From Iphione sp. A-MEVVRFRX5 (Eukaryota): a DNA stretch of 64,000 nt. The notes beneath the pieces were generated by a model. That model saw only the letters and a list, made by a program, of their open reading frames with translations, was not told where the DNA came from and ran no database searches. Below, one piece after another: positions 37,701 through 48,661 of this stretch. Every line of letters starts with the position of its first letter. Within the stretch, counting starts at the first letter, position 1. Position numbers and translations under genes: made by a program. The stretch lies in NCBI GenBank assembly GCA_976226885.1, contig OZ320314.1, forward strand, positions 88,164,001 to 88,228,000, written 5' to 3'.

Positions 37701-40700
37701 TTGATGCTACTTCATATAATCTTTCTGCTCCCACATGTAGATGTCGCACCCATTGTTTTTTTTAGTCTTCATTGCTTCTCACCTTGGCGTTTTTTACTAC
37801 CCATCTCTACCATGCCATTTGTATAGTATTTATTTCTTTTTCTAAATCTCTACTTTTCCTCTTACTTCCGTCTAAGCTCGTTTATTGTTTCCATTTTTCC
37901 TAGTTCTCTAGCACAAAACGCCCTTTGAGTGCAACCGTGGCTGAAGGAGCTGCCACGTAATCGAATGCGAGAAGATGGAAGCAAACGCACCGCCCTGCCT
38001 TAAACACACACACACACACACAGACGCACGCACACACCACCACCCACATGCATACACACATACACAACACTTCCTCCTCCAAGCTTGGACTTGCCTTGTG
38101 CGATGTTCCACAGGGTCGGCTGTGGGTCCGCACATCGATTGGGGCGGACGGAGAGGGTTGAAATGAGCGGAGGTAAAGGGCAAGGATATAACCGCCGTTG
38201 TCCCTCCGGTCCTGTCCGTCTGCAGGTCCCAGCAAAGCGCGGCTGTCCCGGAAGGCCTCGCCGACATGCTCCTCAAATCAATAAGACGCGCCCGCCGGTT
38301 CCCTGGCCCCTCGATTATGCCGACCGCATTCTCTAACCTCCACGCAAAGAACAGACAGCATATTTGTGTTTTTTTTAATGAAAACCTACCGAGACGTTTT
38401 CATGTCCTACAGTTGTTACGTTCCACATTCTTTTCACGTCTTCGACTCACTCCACCTCCAACACAACTCAGAAATGGGAACGTGCCTTCCCCCTAGACTA
38501 TTCAATAAACACATTATAGACACGTCGAAATTCAGTTATGAGGGGCTGTGGCCGTCGAGGGGAAACCCAATACACCGAAAGTTACCACTAGAAGTGGGAA
38601 TGCAGCTTTGTAGACGGAATGTAGAAATATATTTCTTGAATCTTCGTAAATTTACAGTGTAGTTTGGGAAAGTATTCGCGAAATGATAATGATTCTAATT
38701 TGTCTACCAATTGTGCCGTAGAAAAGACTCATCGAACACTTTATTTGTATAGGTTGTCAAATTCTGCTGTAATCTTATTACACTTGTGGCAGTATATCTA
38801 GGAAACAAACGTGCACATGAGAAAATAGAAGGAAAAATAACCATTAGACCGAACAGAGAAAAAATAGCCATTAGAACGAACCCATGAAAATAGCCCTACC
38901 TCCACAGCTGCCTCGGACTCTTTTTTCCCTTCTTTTCTCTAAAGTACCCCATACGACCTGCAGATCTCGGCGTTTCTAGCGGGGTCCACAACCTGCCACT
39001 TTTGAGCAAGACTTGGTTCTAATCGCGTCACAAAGTTGGCTGGTTTCAAAGATAACACGAGACTTGGTCGGTTGCCAGAACACTATCCTCGGAGTAGTAT
39101 GTATAATCGGTAATTTTTAGCGGGTCACTTCTGCCTTCGGCGTGGTGGTAATTGGCTTCCTCCTATTGGGAGGGGGGGGGGTAGACATTCACGTGTCTGT
39201 TTGCTTCATTTAGACGCGTATTTCTCCACTACATTCTTTCTTTTAACGGAGACACTGAATGGCCGGTGATTTGGCGAACGCACGCCGGTTTTAAAATAAA
39301 GTAGGCCCAGGAAGTCTTTGCATATGAGAGCTGTAGGCCTTGCATAGCAGGCTTTGTGCCCAGCCCCTCCGGTTTTTGAAAGCGTTCGGTTCTGTGGTTA
39401 TAAAACATGGTATTGTGGTTTGAGGTAGGGCGAGGGTTAGAATGAAAAGGTTGCTTTTACTAAGATAACACTAGGTCATTGCCGCCAACATATCTTGCAC
39501 CTCGGGGAGCTACACTTGGCATTCTGCACGGCTCCGCCGCTAGACGTCACTCTAACCGCCAGGTGCAGACGGCTGCCCACTCTCCACCCGAGGCTGTTCC
39601 CCGGCGCCACCACTACCAGTTGGCGTGTGGAGGCCATGCAGTGGTGGGGATAGTGGCGCAGTGTTTATAGCCCCCCACCCGCCCCCTGACGTTGTACCCC
39701 AATCCCTTGCCTCTCAGTCTGGGAGTAACCTCACAGAGCGGAAGCTGCCAGATATATGCCTAGAGTGGAAGTTTAACTCTCCGCCGGATTCTGCCGGTGT
39801 CATTGGGAGATCACTCACAAATGTTCCGTGTGTACGGCTCCTTCCTGGCGGCATCTGACCCCCGACCGGAGGGTTAGTAGAGGAGCGGAGGGAAACACGG
39901 TAGACATGCAATCTGACCCGGGTGTCAAAGGTTGGATGGGAAGGACGGGCAGGGACGACCGGTTCGTCTCGATGGCAGCACTGTGAACAGGTAAGCCTTC
40001 ATGTGTAATGCTCCTCTCTCGATGCGTCCGAGCTCCGTCGATCCCGCCGGGCGTTCGACGTGTTTTCCCTCTCAGTTCCAGAGGCGCAGAATTTTGCAGT
40101 AGAACGTCAGTATTGCTAATCTGCTAATCTGTGCGACGTTTAATAAGATATCCGTCTGATAAAGATGCGTAAATGTGCTCGTATGCACGCACATATCACA
40201 GTGTTATTGTATGAAGAATGGCAGGACATTGCAGGGCGTTTTTTTTCCATTAGTGGCGACGTACGCTTCATCATCCATGCAGGGCGTGCTGCCACTAGTA
40301 ACATCAGGCGGCGCAGCGGCCCAGCCCTACAGCCTGATAACATCTTCATATTGCGTCGATTTACCTCGATATTCATGTCTAGAGAAAAGGGGGCGTGGGT
40401 GGATGGGTCGGCTCGATGAGCGCAAGGCTCAGATGAGTCACTCACTTGACCTATGAGCGGGTGTGAGTGGGCCCAGACTGTCCACTCCCCGAAGGACGCC
40501 TCCAGGCATATCGTAGTGGGCAATCGTATCAGTATTGACCTTTTTATTAGAGGGTGTTTCTGGTATTTGAGCTGCTGCTGGTCTGAACTTTTCACTGGAA
40601 GCTTGTTTCCTAAGTTGGATGTTCCCGAGTGTAATGTACAGTTGTAAAGTTTTACCAATAGAATGCCGTTATCTTAATTTGTGCACGTGATTTGACTTTT

Positions 40701-43700
40701 TATATCCACAAGGAACTTGCTTTTAGTCCCGACGGTCGTGCTCTGCTGCAGAGACACGATGGGTTAAGTTTGACCTTCCAGCCAGAGAACCGCCGTGTGT
40801 GTGGCATTGAGAATCACTATGAGTAGTTGCCAGCGAAATAAGACAGAACAGTAATCTATCCCAAACTAGTCACGCAACAACATGTTCATGTAAATGTACA
40901 TCTAATCATCAATATATACATGTACAACCACGAGCGTCGTATGCATCTGGGTATACGTCTACGTTATTTTTTTAAAGCCGCGTGGCTACCACGTAATCGG
41001 CGCATGGTTGTAAGCCGAATGCGTCTGATTTAGGAGAGGTGGCTGTCGTTCCTGACCTCAGGTCTCACCCTTTAGGCCAGCCTGATGAATCAGTGCTCTA
41101 TTAGCCACGGGCGCTCATTGCAGCCGGCGCGACACATGACACTGACGAGGAGAGTTTCCTCGGGCAGCCGCCAGGTGGACCAGCATGCACATGCGTACTC
41201 ACAAAAGGTGGCACGCGCCGCGCATGCTCCGTCGGTTGCGGTTGAACGGCTTGATACCCGTCAGAGCTCGGTCGGTGGGGGGCAGGCGAGGAGTTTGGTT
41301 GTAATTGTTGGATATATAAGCCCGATTTACCTCTCTTCTGACATATTATGTTCCCAAACCCCATACCCCATTACTTTTTAAACACACACTTGGGCGGTTT
41401 TTTTTCTTGAGTCGAATAAGTGCTATTTTGTGGAGGAAATAATCAGATCGTCTAGGAATTGTACGAGGACACGCAACACAGTTAGCTGGCTGACTGTGGT
41501 TGAATTTATCACATTATTACCCTCAATGAGCAGCCAGTTATCTAGAATTCGTCTGGCTTGCTTTGTTTAGCCGGGGTTCGCCCAGTGCAAGACTTCCACC
41601 CTTTTCTAGATTCTCTCAAGCATAAGTCACATGCTACATGCCCCTGCTAACGTCTGAAGAATGTGAATGCAATACAAAAGTCTTTTTCTGGGTTGATAAT
41701 TCATGCACACGCGACATTTACAAGGGTAACGTATTGAGAAATAACGAGCAAAGCATGCCGGCCGACCATGTCGGACAGATTACATGATGACTTGAAAGCA
41801 CGCTGCACGGAAGTAAGTTAACAAGTAAGCAAGACGAAAGGAAAGGTATAACTTTCAGTTTTTATAGACTCACAAAGCAAAGCGTGACATACATCTTAAG
41901 CGATAAGGCTGGTTAAGTGTCTACAATTCTGTGCACAGAGACACTCCACCGCCTGACAGAGACACCCCGGGGAGGAAAAGTGCTAGGAGGTGTTTCATTA
42001 TCATCGAATCTCGACTGCATGGATACATGGTAAAGAGACTTAGCCCCAGGCTTATAAATCCAACAAAGGTGGCGGTACTTATACATCGGACACTGGCGAC
42101 ATCATAATTATTTTGGACGCAGAAAGGGGAAGACAATGGCTGCTTTGGGAAAAGTAAATCTTCGGCAGACGACTTTGAAGAAAACGAGACACCGGGTAAA
42201 TGTTTCCTTTGCATTAGGAGGCGTACTTGAGTCCGACATGAGGTATGGCCGTTTTAGATCAGATCGTCACATTGAAATATCACATCTGTCTGACGCTGGG
42301 ACGAATACCTGTACATGTACATGTATATCATATCGAAGTAATATTGGCAGCGTAAGGTTTGCTATAAGGGAATATTATAGACAATTTTGCGTTTATATTT
42401 TTCGTAATATAACTACAAGTCTGTTGCCGGTCGTTTGATATTTTCATCGTCTTTGGTCACCAGTTTTTATTAGCACCTCCCATATGGATTTACAATGCAC
42501 TCACATGAAACATAAATGAGTCAAGAAAATCTATCACAATTACACGAATCACTTGAAATTCTGAGTGGGCATGAAAATGAACATTGACCTAAGCGATTGA
42601 AATAATGGATGTACGCTATCACTATCTTTTCTTTATAAGCCGGACTTTCAAGAATTTATGTAGCGTGGTTTCTGTGAAGCAGTTTTTGTGTACATTGCCA
42701 TGAAATATTAAAGTGCATCGATTACAACGTTATATTTCGTGCGGTGTATCGCTTCGTGAATTCCTAGAAGTATTTGCCCGATCTTGCAGTGGCGTAGTGC
42801 CAGCCCGCTTGTTGTCTGTGACAGGAAAATTATATCCTTATTTGAAGTGTCTCGTCTTTCCAGTCTCTTATTAACCCTGGCTGCATGCACATGTGGTGTA
42901 CATGGTCCTGGAACTATTAACGCCCCCTGGTGTGGAGCGGCGTACCAGATTTGTACATCAGCATAGACGACTCACCGTGGCGTGACGTCAATACAGAGGC
43001 ACCGCCCATTGTTTGAATGGCTCATATGTAAGCGCTCTATCCGCACAGGTACCATGACATTACAACAGTCACTCTCCGCTACGGCTTGGTCCCGACCCCT
43101 TCTATCGTCTACGACAAATCAAAGTCACTGCTCCTTCACCCACACAGTGTCAAAACACTTCCCAGGATACGCCCTGGGATGCAGTCAAGCCGTCTCCTAC
43201 CGTCGTGTCGACCATGTCGCATACTTATGTCCTGTCTTGTAATTACTTGCAGAGCTTCTTCAGCAAGAAGGTCATCAAATCCAATCTCAAGCGGACCAAG
43301 AGCGTGACCAAGCTCGATAGGAAGAGGACCATCAACAACGATGTCGACGGGTATGTCTGACAGTCTATGATAACGATCTCCTAGTCGAGCTACATAGTTG
43401 CATCGATGTATGTAGACAGTAATTAAGCAGTAGTTTTAGAATGACTAGTATGTAGTTGAAAGTAATTAAAATTGATTGTATCGAACGTCACTGATAACAC
43501 AAGGGAAAAGACAGTACAGGTAATTGTAGTATTAATCCATCTCTTTCCAATTAAAATTGGTGTTGAAAAATCATAATGATGCCCTCTTTTTTCAGTAAAT
43601 TGATCATTGATCAAACACTCTTTATATGTCAGTACAGTAGAAACCCTCAAATGAAACCAAGCATGGGGATGGCCGATTTTAGTCTGTTACTGGAGCGGGT

Positions 43701-46700
43701 ATCCTCAGATGGTTTGTAATGTAAAGTAAATATATATGTATGGTTCACTAAGATATGGCTCTTCATAAAATTGGTCGCTTATATGATCTGGTTTTAAAGG
43801 GGTTTCTACTGTATATTCCCCTGTTTACGTATATGTTTATTTGTTGTTGCATTGTTCATCATTACATGTATTGTGAAAATTCGTCCATTTTTAATATCCA
43901 CATATACTCCCCAAACCTGAAATTGCATTTTGATAATTGTATCAGTGTGTTCCTTGGGGTGATTTTATTAGCCAACTAATCCTTGACCAGTTGCAGAGTA
44001 TTGTATTAACAGTTATACAACCTTTAACTAATATACTTAAGGTACATGTAGTTCTTAATCACCCCGGACTTCTTCCAGTAGCCATTCATACATACGACAC
44101 ATGCAAATATACATACATGTATTAGAAAAAAATAGCTATTACATTGGACACGTACGTGTCATCGACCTGGCCCAGAAAAAAGCTTCAACCTTCCAACTAC
44201 ATATGTCGCGTGACGCACTGATGCGCCAGGGATCAGGTTTACTTTCTGTCTCTTGGAACGAAGCTGGACAGGATCGCTATTCTGAGAACTCGTCTTTGAG
44301 ACCAGATATACTAGACATGGTACCAATTTGCACGGTGTGTGCAGTTGTCGGGCTGAAAGATGGTTAAACACAGGGTTTGGTGCAAACTGTTGACCGTGTG
44401 CTGCACAGGCGATGTGTCATGTGGCAGGAGTGGTTCTGGGATTCCCCCCAGCCACACCAATTTATACCTGTCCATGCCTGGGGAATGCATCAGTCAGCGC
44501 ACATAGACCATAAGTACATGCGCCGCCGAGCAGTACACAATCACTCCGTTGACACATCTCCTATGAATAGAATCATCAGTGCAGGTGTTTGGGATGGTTA
44601 TGGGAGACCCTTAACAGAACTAAATATAGATCCCGATCAGTCGAACTGACAGGCGCCTGACTTTCAAACGTACTAGTCGGTCTTGCGCCTATTTCATTAA
44701 TAGATGACCACCATCTATCACAGGCGAGTAATAAAGGAGATAAAAACAGTAATATGAGTCATATCCAGCTAACAAATTATAGACACAAATGTCCATGTAT
44801 ACTCAAAGGGAAGATACCTCTCCATTGATCAGTTCATATAAACCATGCCAAATATATCAGTTATGTCTTTAGAAACAGTATGTGAAACTTTTCTTCCTGC
44901 TAATGCTAACACTTATCAACATTTCTTTAAATAACTCATGAAAACACGTGTGTTTTCTTACAGTTTTCTGTCAAACAGTTTCCCCAGGTAGGCAAAAAAA
45001 AGGTGGAAAGAGACAAGTTCACTGTTCTGTGCACTGTTCCTAGGTGTTCAGCACTTGCCCTGTTGGTCTTGTCACCCCTGTTTGGGAATGGACAACTCTT
45101 GTTCCTATTGTTAATGTTTAGGTGTGTTTTGGTTTTGCTTCGCAGAGCGACACTGAGATTACTTCCTGAGACCTTTTCTCTACAGCTGTTGATAACATGT
45201 GGTGGTTGCTTCCTATCTAATTCAATCTCTTTTCCTCCGACTTCCGTGAAACCAGATATACACTGTATAGTCCACCATCCAAAATTATAGCTCGATAAAT
45301 TCGATTTAAAAAAAAACAACCAAAAGCAGAACATTGAGCATACCAATAACCAAGAAGAATTACGTTGAGATGTGAAAGTCTCTTTGAATATTGTATTGGG
45401 TGTAAAATTACTGGCAGACGAGTAACATGGTTTTGTTTTGTCAAGATATTGAGGAAAACTTGGCATTGCAAAATTTGTGCACGTTGGTCAGAGCCACACT
45501 TTAAACTATCAGACTGAAAGAGTGTTTTTTCTCATTTAGATTACGTTGCATTACTAATCCTTTGTATGATAGAGAAAACGATCTTCCTCTAGAAAGAGGC
45601 TTTAATGTTTGAACTTGATCGTATGTAAATGCCTGAATAAAAAAAAAACCCTAGCACTTAAACTGCGAAAGTCAACACTCCAAGTTTATCTGATGGATTG
45701 ATGGTTTCTGGTTCTGAACCTTCACCTTCTGTAGAGAGGAAGTACGGAAAACTAAAGCTGCCAAATAAGCAGACTAAATAGACAGTGCTATTTGAGTGGA
45801 TATCTCACCCCTCCTGACCTGCCCCAGTCAGCACAACGACCAACCTCTCTCTCCATGTTGTTGTTATCATACTGATTTCCATCAATTTGTGTTTTTTCCC
45901 CTGATGTTTAGTTGAACCCCTCGCACACGCCAGAGGCGCCTGATTTTTCAGTCTTGGTTTTTTTTCTCTCTTGTTTGATTTTGCCCATGATGCATGCAGA
46001 TCCCAGTCTCCCTCCGCTCGCCCCAAGCTCGTCAGTAGTCTACGGCGCACCATGAGCCTGGGACGGCTCGCCAAGAAGTGGACACCTCGCCCGCCCCACC
46101 TCGCCCCCGACGCCGGCGGCGGAGGTGGCGGCGGGTCGACTTCCTCCTCCTCCTCTTCTTCCTCCTCCTCAGTCGAGCACACTGACAATAGCAACCAGAG
46201 GCAGTAAGTAGCGCACCGCAGCGCACCCCTTGGTTTGATCTACACACCAGTGACCTACCCGCCCACCCAGCCATCCCCCCTAGCCATCCTGTTCCCCACT
46301 GATACCATTGCACACCCGGACCAAGCCGAAAGAGATGATGTATTGTGGAAACTACCCTGTTTTTTTTCCCCATAATTCAACCGTAGCTGTGACTACAGTA
46401 TATTCAGATTATATATAGTCGTTCTCGTCGGATATGATATCTTATCGGGGATAGCATGTCCTACTCCATTGCGAGTCGGTCGCCTAGTGTCACTCCATTA
46501 TGGTTTAAAGTTACATCTGATGAATGAGATCCACTCAGGCAGAAAATTCCCAAGCGGAGTCGCGTAGACAAGACTCACCCTACGGTTCCACATTACATCA
46601 AGGTGACCCGGGCTCTTAGAGTATATATAACACAGAGGTGTATCTATCTCAGTAATCTAAAACGTAGAATTGATAGTCATTAAAACTCAGACAGTCGAAA

Positions 46701-48661
46701 CCATGAGGCAGCCTCGTCAGTCCAAGTCGTAAGTACATGAACTCAAATTAGTACCTAAACTAGAGCATCCCATTACACTCAACATCACCAGCATCTGTCA
46801 TTTCCTTTCTTTATACTTTTTTTTCTTAACAATGCATTTATTAGAGCCTTGTTTGTCCTCTCTGTAATTTTCTGGCAAATACTTTCTGTGTGGCTTCTTA
46901 GTTGCCTGATCATAATTTATGCGTTTGAATTAAACACTTGTTTATTCCGTTGAAATTATGTATTTCTTAATGTATTTGTATGACATGTACCATTTAATGC
47001 CTTTACTTTGCAAATCTCTATTTCATTTTATATAGCAGTATGTTATAATGAATAGTATGAACATGAATGTACTGACTTAACTGATATAAATGTACAACTT
47101 AACAAGGAGGGTAATACATTACAAGGTTTCCTCAGGGGTATGAACAATGAAACAGGACATCTTGATGTTTCAACTCGTCAGTTAATGTATCACGAATTTC
47201 CGATACCAGTGAGAATACTGGAGATCAATTCCTGCTTAGATGTAGTCAGATGTACTGGACAAGTATTAGATACAATTTGTGCACAGCACCACCAAGCAGC
47301 AGGCTGTTTGGCTGCATATTCGTGAACCTGCTCAGTGTCATAGCGTCTAGATTTTAAAGAGGATATGAACGGTACCTTCTCCTCTTCAGCTTCTTGACTC
47401 CGTGTCAGTGTAGCGTATGGAACGAGGACACAAAGCCTATCTGGTAACCTGCTCACTCTTTCTCGGCTGCTGCTCCTGCTCAGTGTTTGCTGCTCTCGAA
47501 CCTCTTTCGCTCCTCCTGTTAGCTCTTTCTCATAAGGCAGGGGCCTTGTCTTGCCATTAGCTGAATGGCTCCCGGCTGAATTTCTGTCCTTTTTAAGATT
47601 TTTGTCTTCTCCAAACGGTTTTGACAATGTATGTTCAACTCTACATAATACCACTGCTCGAGTTTCCTCGTGTGGTTGGAATGAAGGACGTTGAAGCTGT
47701 AAACTGTCACCCTCCTTTCGGAACTAAACCAGTTTCAAGACTTCTTCGCCACTATATATAAAAACTATTCGAATGATCTCAATCTAACAACTGTAAAATG
47801 CTCAGATTTTTCAGTTTGGGGTTAACTGAAATGAAGATTATGTGATCTTGAAATGGAAATCGCAAGCATATACATGTAGCTCTTCCTGTGTTCAATAGGT
47901 TATTAGAAATTAGCTCGTTCTCTATGAATTTCTGTGTGGAAGTAAGACACTGTTGAATAGAATAAGCACGAAAATTCCAGCATGTTTTCTTTACTATAAA
48001 AACTAACATAGACTTCAAGGCTTAAAGCCTAGGTCTAACTGATTTTCATTAAATTAAGGTCCTTTCCTATGTTAGTGCTGACGGGAGCTTCACAAATTTT
48101 TGAATTTGTGAAGCTTAAAATGTTCGTAAAGTTTCGTAATAAAATTGTAATAATACTAAAGAGGAACATAGACACACTGTAAATGTATATGGAAATCCAC
48201 CGAAGGTGTCAGAATATAGCTTTAATGAAAGAGACGTTTGCCCCCAAAAGTGTAGTTTGATATTCCATGATTAGTCCACAGTTATTGCAAACATTTCGGT
48301 TTTTTTACTTGACGCGATAAACCAAAGGCACATCGTACCAGAATGATGTAAATTTAAATGCCTGAAGGAACGTATCTATGGCATAAAAACAAACCAGCGT
48401 ATTGTGACAGCATGTTCGCTTCTTCATCCTACCTGCTAGGACGCTCATCAACTCGCGCATGCGAACGAGCCGCTCCCATGAGTCGCTCCTGATGACCCAC
48501 TCGGCCATGCACGCCATCGACCTGTCGGCGCCCGACGTGGAGATCAAGCCTCTACACAGCAGTATCTTGGGCCAGGACCACTGCTTCCAAGTGTCCACCA
48601 CGAACGGCAGCAAATACTACTCGTGTCGGTCGGCGCATGAGCGACAGAAGTGGATCCAGTG
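31650..48661 (+). CDS. DAB2IP/RASAL2/SYNGAP1: Partial multi-exon RasGAP gene of the SynGAP/DAB2IP/RASAL2 (nGAP) family: N-terminus and split PH domain; C2/GAP exons not found in the window
   Basis: Exons with AG/GT boundaries join in compatible phases (0, 2, 2). The translation contains family motifs [42 protein letters not shown] and [11 protein letters not shown], recognised from knowledge of the family. The symbol denotes the family, not a resolved ortholog. Confidence 0.92.
32611..32691 (+). CDS. Candidate alternative first exon ([27 protein letters not shown], phase 0)
   Basis: aatcATG, donor CAT|gtaagt, phase 0 matches 43253. Confidence 0.25.
37361..37386. promoter_or_regulatory. CTCF-like/GC motif adjacent to a CCAAT box in a CpG-rich patch
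   Basis: CGATAGGGGGCGC followed by CTGATTGGACC. Confidence 0.25.
38004..38070. repeat. (CA)n microsatellite, degenerate 3' part
   Basis: Directly visible. Confidence 0.85.
38833..38896. repeat. Short tandem duplication, ~28-bp unit x ~2.3 (AAAATARCCATTAGAMCGAAC...)
   Basis: Two near-identical units plus a partial third are visible. Confidence 0.7.
41768..41812 (+). CDS. Candidate alternative first exon ([15 protein letters not shown], phase 0)
   Basis: gaccATG is the first ATG after an in-frame stop. Donor GAA|gtaagt; phase 0 gives ...RCTE-SFFSKK. Confidence 0.45.
42136..42195 (+). CDS. Candidate alternative first coding exon ([20 protein letters not shown], phase 0)
   Basis: gacaATGG context, donor CGG|gtaaat, possible acceptor at 42121-42122 that could receive the non-coding donor CAG|gtaagc at 39990. 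Confidence 0.3.
43253..43350 (+). CDS. RasGAP exon (phase 0 to 2): [32 protein letters not shown](G)
   Basis: Acceptor tcttgtaattacttgcag, donor GG|gtatgt, C/G-ending codons, conserved KRTKS.xKLDR motif. Confidence 0.92.
46000..46203 (+). CDS. RasGAP symmetric phase 2-2 exon (204 nt), probably a cassette: [39 protein letters not shown]7STS10[10 protein letters not shown](Q)
   Basis: Long pyrimidine tract ending tgcatgcag (AG 45998-45999), donor CA|gtaagt. Length is divisible by 3 and the frame is open and matches both flanking exons. The internal ATG at 46052 has good context (caccATG). Confidence 0.7.
46703..46728 (+). CDS. Candidate alternative first exon (MRQPRQSK, phase 2)
   Basis: aaccATG, donor TC|gtaagt, phase 2 matches 48440, TATATATAA at 46622-46630. 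Confidence 0.45.
47190..47723 (-). other. 177-codon Met-less open frame; candidate terminal exon of a nested antisense gene or retrocopy fragment
   Basis: Open from the codon after TAG (47726-47724) to TGA at 47190. It is followed by an AT-rich tract with AATAAA (46946-46941 and 46842-46837) and an A-rich run near 46800-46824. No domain recognised. Confidence 0.3.
48086..48115. repeat. Perfect inverted repeat, 13-bp arms and 4-nt loop
   Basis: AGCTTCACAAATT-TTTG-AATTTGTGAAGCT. Confidence 0.85.
48440..48661 (+). CDS. RasGAP PH-domain exon (phase 2-2, 222 nt): [73 protein letters not shown]
   Basis: Acceptor ttcttcatcctacctgctag, donor TG|gtaagt, strong motif identity to the SynGAP/DAB2IP/RASAL2 PH domain. 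Confidence 0.96.

Noticed and set aside
40140-40658. 172-aa - strand ORF with overlapping + ORFs
   Set aside because: No recognisable domain or codon bias; consistent with a chance ORF.
40815-40821. CACTATG (ProtoRAG/RSS-like heptamer)
   Set aside because: No matching nonamer-like element at the expected spacing, no partner end and no RAG-like ORF.
42983-42990. Perfect CRE TGACGTCA upstream of the 43253 exon
   Set aside because: One 8-mer per 64 kb is the chance expectation.
44936-45466. 176-aa - strand ORF
   Set aside because: Low-complexity composition, no motif and no splice or polyA support.
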